Below the pieces are notes generated by a model, which was not told the DNA's origin, did no database searches, and worked only from the letters and a program-made list of their open reading frames with translations. A DNA stretch of 64,000 bases from Enoplolaimus lenunculus (lineage: Eukaryota), in the NCBI GenBank assembly GCA_030248215.1, contig JASANG010002365.1, positions 310,001 to 374,000 of the forward strand, in the 5' to 3' direction. Positions within the stretch are counted from its first letter, which is position 1, and every line of letters begins with the position of its first letter. Position numbers and translations under genes: made by a program. Below are positions 25,327-39,100 of this stretch, in pieces.

Positions 25327-28300
25327 ATGACCCGGTATAGCAAACACAAAACAAATTCAAAAACCGCGGTGAGCGAAACTCAAACCGCATCCGCTACACG
25401 ACACCCTCATCAACTCGATACAAGCTCGACTCATTCAACTTCACATCCAACTGAACGTAACGAATCTGGATCCAAAATTCTAACCGCAACTTCAAATATT
25501 TCCAACGACCCGAGTCAAAGCAGTGTATCGAGCAGCAATTCGGCCCCAGGTTCGTTAACTCATGTCTTACATCCAATAGAAAAACGAAAAACCGTTCCTA
25601 AAGCAAGCCGAAAGCGTTGTTTATCAACTCTTGATGACGATAACAGTATCGCTGGTGGAGTAAGCGTGGACTCGTATCATTTGACCGTTGTTCCGCCGCC
25701 AACTCCAGTGAAGAAAGCTTCCGTCGATGTGGGACCGGACGCGGAACGCCAGTTGGTCGCAGATGGTGCGCCAGCACATGCTTCGGTAGCTACCGCTGTG
25801 GCAGAAATATCTGAGCCACTAAGTGATCCGTGCTGCGATCCGGAACATCCGGTTCGTGTATCGTTTGCAGACGTTAGCGAAGCGGCGTTCAAAATTAAAT
25901 CCGGCATCGAAAGAACTTCTTGTAAGGTACGAGTAGAAAACGTGTTTAATATGGTTAGTTTAATGGAAATTGGGTCAAAAATGGAATGCATGCACTGTAT
26001 GAGATGTCGATATGTCATTGTGTGAACCTTTAGACAATGAATATGCTCTAGGCATTAATATTTACTTGTCCTGACATCATTATCGGGAACTGTTATTGTC
26101 CATGGTCCCTCGGAAGGGACTCAATTTTTTGCGTTGAATGATGCGTGTGAACATGTGTGCACAGCGTGTGTTTTTAAATGTGTGTGCTGTGCACTAAAGT
26201 AATGTCCTGACATCCTACAGACAACATGTATTTATCCAGAGTCCCTTCCGACAGAGTCTCGACATTTAACACTATCTAATGCGGGGTTCACGTTATAACC
26301 GGGGCAGCTCGGGACACGTTTATCCCTATTAGCCTATTGGGTTGCATTTTGTGTGCTAATAGACCCCAAATCATATTCAAAAAGTCGTATTTGTCTGCTA
26401 TCATCATGTGTAGGTCACCTTTCGTCCTTCAATATCATATGATATTCGACGTATTGTCAGCGAATATCATAAGATATATTTTCAAATGTCTGCATACTTG
26501 AGGTAAAACATACCCAAATTCTCCTGTTGAATATCATATGATACTAAAATTTCAAATTTGAATTTTTGAATTATGACTGTTTTTCTAACGACTTTGTGAC
26601 GGAAATGAATTTGCAGACGTTTATTTGCTGTTTAAAGCATATCTCGAAGCTGCTGTCCAACTTTTCATTTATTTATAGTACCCAAAGGTTGCACTATCCC
26701 GCTGTGAAATTTTGGAATATCATATGATATTCGCATAAATGCCCCACAGTATCACGTGACATACCGTCCCTTGTACATATTGATCATTTGAGAGCGGCGG
26801 CTTGTAAGCTAATGTCATATGACATTAGAGTTTTGTTTACTGACCCGATATAAGAGCCCGAATTTTAATGCTGACGTCGAATCAACATGGAACATACCGT
26901 GTCGCGCCTGATCCGGTTATAACGTGAACCCCGCATAAGTACAGCTATGAAACTATAATTTGCCTCCAGCTAGGATGTGTATTTTGATGCTGTTCCAAAT
27001 GGGGTGGTTGGAACATTTATTACATCGGTGCTTGCATTTTAACGTGGATGACCCATTAAACATATGTCTCGTGATAAATCATAGGGACACGGTAGTGTCT
27101 CCTATAATATGTTTCGTGCAAGTTTATTGCTAGACACTTTTTTGATTTTAAAACCATAGCTGTGAGGATTCCAAAAAATTTTTTGCACCTAAATATGTGT
27201 AAGGATGCGCCACATACATGCTGAAAGTTTCGTGTCTTTACTTTACTTGCACGTCTTGAAATTTAATAAAAACCGACGAACTTTACGCAAAAACTTCGGC
27301 GATTTTGAGTCAGAATACGGTTTTTACGCAACACGTAGGAACAGACAAGTAAAGAGAAACGCTAAATTTAGTATGTATAGGCCGTTTACCTGTTCATGAC
27401 CCCGCATTAAATTCTTCAATTTTAAGCTGCAACTTCAACCAAAAACTGGTGAATCTTTTTTCCGAAGAAACGTATTTGTGCACGAGTGTTTGAAATAACT
27501 ACAGAATGCAGCCGCTATATACTTCGGCAAAATAAACAACAGATTACAGTGTATAGAATAGCTTATTAATTGTTCACAGATGATTTTTTATTCTAAAATA
27601 TTTAAAGTGCAATCATTCATGACGATAGCTCCAAATTCGTTTTTCGTATTGTAATAATGTAACAACATAGCTAGTATATTGCAAATGGAACAAAAGCACG
27701 TGAAAGTTTAAAATCGATGGCCCATGTGTGGTTTCATATATTGATTTATTTTTGTGACTATGCTTTCCGGCAAAATGAAAGATGCTAAAAACAGTGAATT
27801 GTACAACAAAATGGCTAAATCGCGAGAATATATTCTTGAAAGGCTTGTCGACATTCGTCATGGGCAACAGTTAGCCGACTCTAAGGAAGCGGAAGCTCAA
27901 GTGGGTTTTCCAGTTATGTATTTAACAGTTTTTGTTGTCAACGTCATAAGTTTTATTGCGTTAACAATGACGTATTATACCGTCTTTTTGCCATAGGGGA
28001 ATTTTTGTAGCATCTAGAACCTAATATGGTATATAAGGTTTGCCATTGTTTGTATATTACGTTTAATTGCAAGAATTAACCTGCGGATGTGTCAAATTTG
28101 TATTTCACGTTCGTAGATGCGGATGCCTTCCTGTTCTCGTTTCCAAGCGTTAAAGTTTGTTCGCGGTGAATTCAGGCGTCGATTTGCAGGCTAATTAATC
28201 CGGAATTATAAAATATTGGAATCGTAAAGTGGAAAAATACCGAAACCTGAACCGGATCAAGAAAACGAAAAGTACTTGTTACGAAAAAATTCATTTGAAA

Positions 28301-31300
28301 GCTATTTTATCGCTTTTAATGGTGTAGACACCGTTCAGAATGCCAAAATCCGGAAACAAATGCAGTAGCTGGAAAACGTATGATAAATTAAGGAGTGTAA
28401 CACAAATTGAAAATTATGGCAATAAACACGCTCAGACAGTTTAAGAAAAATAACTATAAAAGAATAATATGCCAATTTTTGTTAAATTTTTGGGCCATGT
28501 TACTTTAAGGAGCGTCCAGGTTTCTGGTTGCTCCATAAAGAGTAGGTTTAGATTCTAGATTACATTTTTTGCTTAGGCTTAGACGCAGGCTTAGGAACAT
28601 AAAATTTGCAATGCTTAGGCTTAGTCTTAGAGTTCGAAATACGCTTAATCTACTGTTACGCCCCTTAAAGTAACATTGGCCAATTTTTGAAAGAGAAAAA
28701 CTTTCAATACCGAAATTACAGGAAACATTTAACACTAATATTGACCAATGTATACAGGTTCAGATCAGTGTCATAAATCTCGCTAATGCAGCCATGTTAA
28801 TATTCTCAATAATACTGTTTGCAAACAACAGCAGCGTTAGCTCGTTGTTTTGTATTGGGAAATGCGTTATTTCCGTGATAACGGTACAAAAAATCAGAAT
28901 AACTGACAGCACTTCCCTGTATTTTCTGTAGGAACCAGTGGTCGGTCGTACATATCTAGCCAATCAAAATGTAAAATAAATGAATAAATGACGCAATTGT
29001 TGGAAGGAATAAACCAACTGCTAAATTTAGCCTGATACAGGCATGCTATCCAAATGTGGCTTAAGTTTTAGACTATTTTTTAAAAAATATCCGGCAAGTT
29101 AGAATACCGGAGGCGGATGTCGATTTTTCGACGGAGCCGCATATCCGGTTCATCTCTGATGTATAGTTAGTACTCGATATTTGATGTGAAGTAGAATCTG
29201 TGGAAACGGGATGCAGGCAGTTCTTAACGTGTTCTTTACCTTTCAGGTGCTGCATCTGTTTACATGGGTTTGGAAGCAGCGGCGAAGGTTTTAGCAAAAT
29301 GTATTGTAAATGAAACTGTTCAGGTTGTTAATTATAGGTAACTGATTTTAATTATATTTTGAGAGCATATTTTGAGTTATGTCCATAACCTAATTGTTTT
29401 CTTACTAGGTTTACATAGCGAAATTTGGTTTGCGCTACCCTGTAACTGCAGTATGTTAAGCTTTCTTTGTATGCATGCTCAATTATAGTGTTAATAATTT
29501 TAGATATGGTGATGAATTTGGTACGCTAGCCGACAATGCATTGAAATCCACATACAACGTCGGAGTTATTAGATACAATGTTGCTCATTTAGGACCGAAA
29601 GTGATTATAAAAAGAACGGCCAAGAAAACTGGGCTGGGAATTCTGCAGGATTTGGATAGACAAGCCAAGCGGTCTAAGCAAGCGGCAATCACAGATGGAT
29701 CGAGTTGAGCTTAATAATCTTTCTGCTTTAGAGCGTTGCACAATGCAAGGACGTAGGCTTGAGGGCTAGGGTTTAGCACCCCTTGCTCCTTAGCGCCTTC
29801 TGTCCAGGGGTTTTAAGAAATTTTTTCAGTTGGTAACTAGAAACCACGCATCGCAATTTTCATATAGCGTATTCCAAAATTTTCAAAACCTTTACTACAG
29901 CGGTGGCATGGTTTACTTTTTTGTATGCCATAGGTGGAACGTTTTTAATTTTACGCGATTTGACCGAAGTAGCATAGTTGTAGTTGTTGATATTTTTTAT
30001 ACTGGTGTCAATTTGCATAATACTGTAGTATTTTTGCTGTAACTGCATTATGGGCTAATAACATCATTTTTCCAGCCTGCGTTATGTTCAAAAATGTTTT
30101 CACTGTTTGTTGTCTAAAAGAGGCAAATGGCAATTCAATCTCCAAAATGAAACGTTTAATTAACACTTTTGTGGTGTTAAACGACGGTTAGGCAGGGTGT
30201 AAACGGATAGTAATAATAACGGAAACGGAAATAGATAGTGATCGAAATAACGTAACCGGAAAATGGATATTGAGGTATAAGTTTCAAAGATGTTTTAGTT
30301 TTGGCCAACAATACAGAGGCGTGCAAATATGCAGGGGGCTTTCTAAAATTTCAAGAAAAGTATCGGATGCTTCGAAATTTTCTTAGATTTTGGGTGTATT
30401 TAGCAATTTTTATTTCATTTCGAACCATTGTAGCATATCTGTAATGAAAATTGACAGTTATGTTCGTGACTTTAACTAATTTCGAACGTAAAAACAACAG
30501 ACCTCTATTATTTCTATAAAGAAACGAACATCGATTTTTGCCGCAAACTGATATCTGGTTACACGCTGTGGTTAGCTAATAGCGAATTTCGTTCTTATGT
30601 TCATTCTGCTATAACAGAGACAATCTTTGAGTCTGTCGTTGAATAATATGCTTTTCAGACTGCACATAATTTGTTAGATAGAAGGAGGGGAACTAAAATA
30701 TTCGTAGTTGGGGTGCGCCACCTGTCACTCCCTTCAGTACCTACTTGCAACCTTGGCAGCCGCAGCTGACTTGCACATCACTGCATTTTATTATCTTTAT
30801 AAAACTGTGCGATTTTTTTCTACAAAACACGGGTAGAGTTCAAAATTTATAAAGCTTCATCCCGGATAACCGAATAGAAGACAGGTTGACTGGAGTACTG
30901 AGAGAACCGCAATATGACGCTTATATTTAGGCTTTACTTACACGTAAACTTGGGTTTATACTTAGGCTTATTTGTCAGGTTCTTACACTTAACATGTTTC
31001 GCCGTTACTGTCCAGAGCAGGTGCCAACTAACGGATGGATTCCGATTGTAGCTATACTATTTCAGTTTGCCAATTTCTCCAAACTAGAAGCTGCCTAAAT
31101 GGCGGTTTCTGTGTGAAACGTTTCTGTATGTTGCATGTTGTTATTATCGCAATTTACTTTTGTATTGTGTTTCTGGGTTTTACACAGTTAAATTTGCAAT
31201 TTGTCATTTTAAAATTTGTCTGCGTGTTCATGTTAGTAAATTTAAAGTTGAAAATTATACGCGAGTGATTAGGATAATTGTCAGATATCTGATTCAACCG

Positions 31301-34300
31301 CCTTGCGTCGGTATTTAAAAATTGGTCTTGTAAAGGTTTGAAACTAGAAGTTAAAGTGCCCCGATAGGGCCATGAAAAAAGAATATGTTTCCAAACCAAG
31401 CCAGAAGAAATTTGTAAAGTGTAGAAACAAGTTGAAATAAATTTTCCTTTTTGAGCTAATTCGTAGTCAAATGGCAAAAATGCCCTAAATCCTGCTGAAC
31501 ATGTGGTATTTGCAACTGAAACATTATTTGCAACTGAAACATATTCGCTGCTTTTACATAGTGTAAACCAGAAAACCATTCAATAAATACTTCCGACATT
31601 GGCGAAAAACGACCTCCGGTTCCGGTAGAGATTTGCCAGGTATGTAACTTTAAATCAGTTTTGAAAAGTTCAGTTGACGAGATTTCCCAACCAGATAGCT
31701 TAAAACGATTTTTGCCAACACTTTTCAGATTATTGCTAAAAATAGCAAACTTAAAATCATTTAGATAATTTTTTAGTTTTGGGTGTTTTTTTTTTTTTTT
31801 ATTATAAAAAGAAAAAAAAGAGCCTAAAAGAAGCGAAAAATTTTCACAAATAAGAAACCATTAAAAAAAAATAAACAAAAAAAAAAACAAAAAATTTTTG
31901 TTTTATTTACAAAAAAAAAAGACACAATATATTAAAAAAAGGAATACCCCTCCTAAAACCCCTCCTCTCTCTCTTTTTTTAAAACAAAAAACAGCATAAT
32001 ATTTTAAATTTATTTAGTAACATTTTTAGCGCTCTAATTGTATCTAATGATTGATGCCTGCAGTAAAAAATGGAAAGTTCAGTTTTTAAAATTTTTGACC
32101 AAGACAGTTCAAGGACGGAGACCAATTACTATGAACCGTCCAAATTGTATGCACACGTAGCATTATTGTTCAACACAGCGAATATGTTTCAGTTGCAAAT
32201 ACCACATGTTCAGCAGGATTTAGGGCATTTTTGCCATTTGACTACGAATTAGCTCAAAAAGGAAAATTTATTTCAACTTGTTTCTACACTTTACAAATTT
32301 CTTCTGGCTTGGTTTGGAAACATATTCTTTTTTCATGGCCCTATCGGGGCACTTTAACTTCTAGTATATATGCATTCTTTAAAACGAGTTTTTGTAAGCG
32401 AAGAAACTGTAAACTGAATCGTTTGTGTACCAAAATGTTACTGTGTATGAACGCTTTTATAGCGATAACCAAAACGTTATTTTAAAACTACGACGATTAT
32501 GATTAGCAAGGTGCACTTGAAACGTATTCATTACTGTTATAACAGAAAAGTTTTCAAAAAGTTTTGAAATAAAGTCTGAAAATAACCCGTTTTCCAGTCA
32601 TTTTTAGAAAAATTGTCTTAATTATCAGAAAAACTTGTCAAATTTGCCACAAAAAATACTTTCTGAATAAATTCACAAATACTGTTTTGTGTGCGGGCGA
32701 CGATATGCAGTGATACCGTTGCATCAATAAACGGTTGAACCGTTATTTATTTATGCCACTTTAAGTGAAAATTGATCTGGTTACAGGGACGTTTCCAGGC
32801 TCAAGATACCATATTTGCCAAAGGTTTCAGGACTGACATACAAGGATACCGTCTAAATGTACATACCAGTTCTTTTAATTCGTGCTTTAAACCTGTGTGA
32901 TAGCAGAAAAATGCCTTATGATATTTCGCTGTCCAAAAATTCAAATCACCAATTAAACAAAAAAATCAGCTAAATTCTCTATAAGTTAAACTAAGCCCTG
33001 TTTTTGGTTGCGGTATACTTTCCTGCGCGGTGCGCTGCAATCCGCCGTCGTTGCGCGTCGAAAAATATTTTTCAAAACGACGCGCAGCGACGTGCTAAAG
33101 CAGCGTCCAGCCGCGCTGGCTGAGTCTAACGCAATGCGTTCCGGTCTAGAATAAACGAATTTTTTGGTTTCAGAAATCGCCATTTTTCTCAGATTTGACA
33201 GGAATGCAAATTTATTTGAAGAAAGAATTTAATATGGTCACCGGCAGGTAAATTAACAGCCGTGCTACAATTATTACTTCACTGTAAATTCCAATGTGTT
33301 CATTAATCAATTCAGCTAGCGACTTGGTTAAACCTGAATTAATATCAGTATTAAACATTAAGTTAGTCTAAGTTGAATTTATTCTCCAACTAAGTTGCGT
33401 TGACTCTGGATGAGTTGATTAATTAACTCAGAATAAATTGAATCAACTCAAAATTATGTGTTCTGATAGTCCTAACTCAGTCTATGTGATTCAACTCATT
33501 CTGAATTGAAATCAACTCACTGAAATTTACAGTGTTGTGTTAGCCTTATTTGTTAAACGATATATATATTTAATTTAAAGTTTACATTTATACAAATATA
33601 ATATATGTTAAAGTTAAAGGATCCATGGCCACACTAATTTAGTTTGAAAACATTGCGCCAATACATTATATGATGGCTGTAACAGTGTGTAAGCATATTC
33701 CTAACCCTAAACCATACTGTAAATTCAAAGAGTTGATTAATCAATTCAGCTTGCGAGTTGGTTATTTCTGAATTAATATCAGTAAACAATAACTCACTCT
33801 GAGTATAGTTTATTCTTACTCTGAGATGAGTTGTCTCTTGGCGAGTTGTTTATTTAACTAACACTGAGTGATTGAATTACCTCACTCACACTGAGTGATT
33901 GAACTCATTATTAGTTAAAATGAACTCACTGAAATTTACAGTTCAAATTCTCAGCATGTTACGAAAATACAAATTCTTGAGCCTAAGCCTGCCTAATCAA
34001 AAAAATTAGTCTAAAGCTGAAGCTTAACTTCATCATAAAATGGTCCCGCCCTCATGTATTCATGGATCATACTTTGCAGTGGCTGTCATGGCTTTGGTAA
34101 AATATGCGCCGTAGGTATATTGTTTCTCGAAAGACCGCTGGTATACAAATTTTAGTGCGATCAGTTCACAGGATTTTCAATTTAAAAACGACAACCAGAG
34201 ACTATTTTGGTTTCGTTCAAAAAATTTGAAAACCATCGGGAAATCATTGGCCAATGTAAAGAACAGGGGCGGAACAGTATTATAAGCATATTCCTTAGCA

Positions 34301-36108
34301 TAAGCCAAAGCCTAAACCTAAATATAAAAATGGGCATATTCCTAAGCCTAAGCGTAAGCCTAAACCTAAGCCAAGCAAAAAAAATTAGTCTAAAGCTTAA
34401 GCTTACTCTATTGTAATTCCACAGAAAAACTCTCCGCCCCTGATCCTTACATGGACCGAATCATTGGTGTGATCGTTGCAATTGTTTCAGCTTCAAAGAA
34501 CGCGGTGCACGGAATACGTTATTGCGTTTGCCTAAGGTTGGTCGTTAAACTGGCTTTAATCGATATAAAACACTTTCGGCCCGTATTACCTATAGAAGCC
34601 TACGTACTAAGCTTAAATCTATGCCAAAGCCTAAACATTATCCTTTTATACTAAGCTTAAGCTTAAGCCTAAGATTCTAGTCTGTAACTCGTCCAACCTC
34701 CATGTCTCCCAGTTGGCCAGTCCCTATTCTGGAGATGGGCCATACGGCCAATGTATAGATCAGGAACGTAACAGCAGTATACGCATATTTCTAATCGTAT
34801 GCCAAAGTCAAAGCAAAAAAATTAGTCCAAAGCTAAAGCTTCATAGCAGTTCCATTACTTTTTAATTTTCATTTCCACATTTATGCAGATAGCAATTGAG
34901 CATATTTAAGAAACACTAAGGATTGCGCTATACTTTTGTTGACGTCCGGTGCCGTCCGACGCCGTCAGTCACCCGCACGGTACCGCCTGGCGCCGTCGAA
35001 ACGGTCGGCGTCGTACGGGTGACGCACGGTGACGGTCGGCGCCGGACGGTCAAGTATAGCGCAACCCTTAATATGCGTATGCCGCAGTGTTGTTCGCTGA
35101 CAACTTCAAATTTCGTTGCGATCCTGTTCTATTAAATATATACAATAATCTTTCAACAACAGTTGAATTCGGCGAATTATAATAATACTTCAAAAAGAAA
35201 TCAAAATTTAGTTCGCGTCAATTTTTGAAAATTTAGCGTTTTTTCTTATTTTTTCAAAATAATGTAAGAAGCTGCACAAACCAAACGCCCAGGTTCTGTG
35301 TTTTGTATCTTTGTTGACCGTTTAAAATATTGAATTTTCAATTTTGTATTTTAGGAAATTTTATTTTTTCAAAATAATGTAAGAAGCAGCACAAACGCCC
35401 AGGTTCTGTTTTTTTGTATCTTTATTGACCGTTTAAAATATTTAATTTTCAATTTTGTATTTTAGGAAAAACAACAAATTGGCGTCATCGCAGCGTCTGC
35501 TGGCAATCATGCACTTGCGTTAGCATATCATGGAAGTTTGCTGAAAATTCCTGTCACAGTTATAATGCCTACAATTGCACCGCTGATGAAAATTTCAAGT
35601 TGTCGCCGCTACGGTGCCGAGGTTATGTTGTATGGAAGGCATTTAGGAGACGTGAGTGCATTGTTTGACAGGGTGCAATCAAACGTCGGCCTTCGGCTCC
35701 GGCAGACAGTTTCACCTCCGGCATCGTTTCCGATGGAATGATTGCCGGAGGTTACAGCTATTTCGGTAGTGAAATTTTTTGGTATTTTTATGAAACTTGT
35801 GCCATTCAACGCGGTTTCAATTGTAATTTTGGGGTCACTTGGAAACAAGATGACTGTGGAACTTTTTCGTAAAGAAGCTTAAATTACAATAAAATTTACC
35901 ATGATTTATTTTGTCTTATCTCTCTGTTGTACTTCCGGTTTTGGGTTCAGCTCTGGCAAATCCTGTTGACTTCCGTCTCCGGCTCCGGGTTTTTTCACAT
36001 TCGGTTGCACCCTGTTTAATATCATTATTTATCCAGATTTAAAATTATTTGGCTGTTTCAACTCAATATTACATTTTTCATTGCAATGGTCGAAAAGCAA
36101 TTTGCGCA

Positions 36109-36176
<68 letters not shown>

Positions 36177-39100
36177 CTTTCAGGCTAAAGGGAAAGCGCT
36201 TCGGCTTGCACAACGGCATGGTTATACTTATATTAACGGGTAAGTTGTCCGATCTGCACACAGGTTGGAGGTTGAAATAGGCCAGTAGCCAGCTCACCAT
36301 GTTAGGGGGTCTAAACAGTTATAGGATGGACATGTGAGATATTTAGCAAGACCTATAAGCTGTGATAACCGTTTTCTAAGGGGGCCAAATTTTCGTTATG
36401 TCGGGGTGAGCCCCCTGACCTATTCAGACAGCACATTTAGCGACCGCATTGAGTGAAATCAATATGGACAAATTTGTCGTAATATTATTAAGCTAAATGC
36501 TTGGTTCATATTCTCAAATGCGTATAACACCTATCACCAGTTTAGTAATAGGTTTTCAAGCTAACGAACTGTTTCAATTGCGCACAGATATTAAAGATTG
36601 TTCAAAAGTCGAGTAAAAATCGAATGCAATAAATGTGCTGAATTTCAAAGCTCGCCATTCTCTGGCTCGAAAGTTACAAGACTTATCACCAACTGATAAA
36701 CAGATGCTACACGCATTTGAAACTACGGGCTCTGTTTACGTTGAGGTGGGGTCAACAGAAATTTTGCGTTCAGGTAGAGTCAACGCGTGTCACGGGTTGT
36801 AAAAAAGTGTTGACCCTACCTCAACAAGTGGCGCACAGACCACTCGGTGAGGTATGGTCAACGAAAAATTTTCGTTGAGGTAGGGTCAACGACCACTCGT
36901 TATAACCGTGGGATGGGGCATATTTTGTGGCCAGGACAAATTTTTTATTGTGAACGCCGCATTATGATGTTACCGACTTGTACTTTCGCCATTTTAGCTA
37001 TGATCATCCACACATCATTGCTGGTCAAGGCACATGCGGCATGGAGATTATCGAAGACGTACCGGATCTGGATGCTGTTGTAGTTCCTATCGGTGGGGCT
37101 GGATTGATTGCCGGCGTTTCACTTGCAGTTAAAACACTTAATCCTGGCGTACAAGTTATCGTAAGTTTCACTATTTCAGTTTGAATTTTTCATTAAAATG
37201 TAAATATACAAATTGTGCTGGCTTAAACAGCACCTGTATACGACAGTTTTAAACATCATTTAGGCTGAAATACTTGCGGGTCTGATGGCGTCAAGCACCC
37301 AGCGCAAGACCAAAACGTTTTGGTTTTAATTTCTGGTTGCCTCCGACCAGAAATTAAACCCAAAATGTTTTGATAACATTTCGTAGTATAAAGTTGCAGT
37401 TGGCTTTTCGTTCGCTTCGCTCGCGAGTTTTTTTTTCATTATTACATATCGTAAGAAATTTCTGGATGCGCCACTAAGCCCAACCTTTGCGTTTTCAAAT
37501 AATGATACAGTGTGGTGATTACAAGTTAATACCAGCACCAAAGATTTGCTAGGATTTCAATCTGCAGCCAGTATTGCAAGCAAGCGTTGCAATCGAGAAA
37601 TAAAAATTAATACTAATCAACCGCTTTTGCACAATGCTCAAAAATTAGCCAATGCACAACAATTTGCATGCGCAAATTTTCCTTTTCACAGAACAATCAC
37701 GTTTCCGTTCTAAGAAAATATTGTAAACACAGTAACGCTGGGAAGTTGCCTAAAATACGTATGTGCAATTATTCTTTTCCCACTTTAAGCGTATAGGTTT
37801 TGAATTCACGTTTTTCAGAAATTTTATAGCCTGTAGAAGAACCCATTTCAGTTCTCTGTTTAAAATTCTGGCCCTGTATTTGCCATCGCATACTACTGTA
37901 TTAAACAACTGACTGTACTGTATTGACTCGAATAAGAGGGGGAGGGGTAATAAGAGGGGGTCCCCATTGTGCGTACCAATCAATAGGAGTCCGTATCCCT
38001 AATAAGGGTCCGTAAGCGGATAAAGTCTCTAAACCCTAATTAGAGTCTATAAATGTCAATTATCCCTAATGGTAACGCATAAAGGACTCCATGCCCAAAT
38101 AATTTGAGCTTGAAACTTTAAAGCGTACTTAAATTTTGAAAGTACATTTCTAAGTATAACCTTGGATTATCGCTCAAGCTATTGACACAAGACAAATAAA
38201 CGTTTAATTCAGCGGATAGTTGTAGTACCGAATAACAGTAAAGAACTATGGCGGATGCGCGGGTGAAAAATAAATAAGAGTCCGTACCGAATAACAAGGG
38301 GGGTACCCTGTGTAGAGGCCAAATAAATATCAGTCCCCACTCTTATTCGGGTCACTACAGTAACCATATCACAATGCAGGATATGCGTGCTAAGCGTTGA
38401 CAAATTTCAGAAAATCTGGTTGGTTGTCGCCTAATTTATGGTTTATATACTTATAATTAATTTTAGGGAGTTGAACCTAAAACAGTACCATCTTTTACCA
38501 AAGCGCTCGAACACGGAAAACCAGTTGCTGTTCAACCTGGATCAACAATTGCGGACGGTAAAAGTCTATGATAATAAAACCTAAGACTGGCGATCTAAAA
38601 TGGGCTTATTTGTTTCAATTGCCCATGTAAAGATCAGGGGCGGAACGTTTTTCAGTGGGACTGCAATAGAGTAAGCTTAAGCTTTAGACTAATCATTTTG
38701 CTTGGCTTAAGCTTGAGCTTAGGCTTAGGCTTAAGAATATGCTCATTTTAACGCGTACATTTAGGCTTAGGATTAGGCTTAAGCTTACGAATATGCTTAT
38801 AATACTGTTCCACCCTTGTTCTTTACATTGGCCGTTTCAATTAATACCCGTGATTATCTCTTGGTTTCAATTACGTTATCGTTTCGAATTTTATGACCAC
38901 AACTACTTAAATTAGCCTAACCGAATCTCGGATCTATTTTCTTGCACACTGTAAATTTCAATGAATTGATTTTATAACTCAACATGAGTTGAATCGCTTA
39001 GTCTGAATTAGACCTTTTGCAACTCACAATTCTGACTTGATTGAACTCAATCTGAGTTAATTACTCAGCTCATATTTGAGTGTTTACAAGACAGGTTTAC

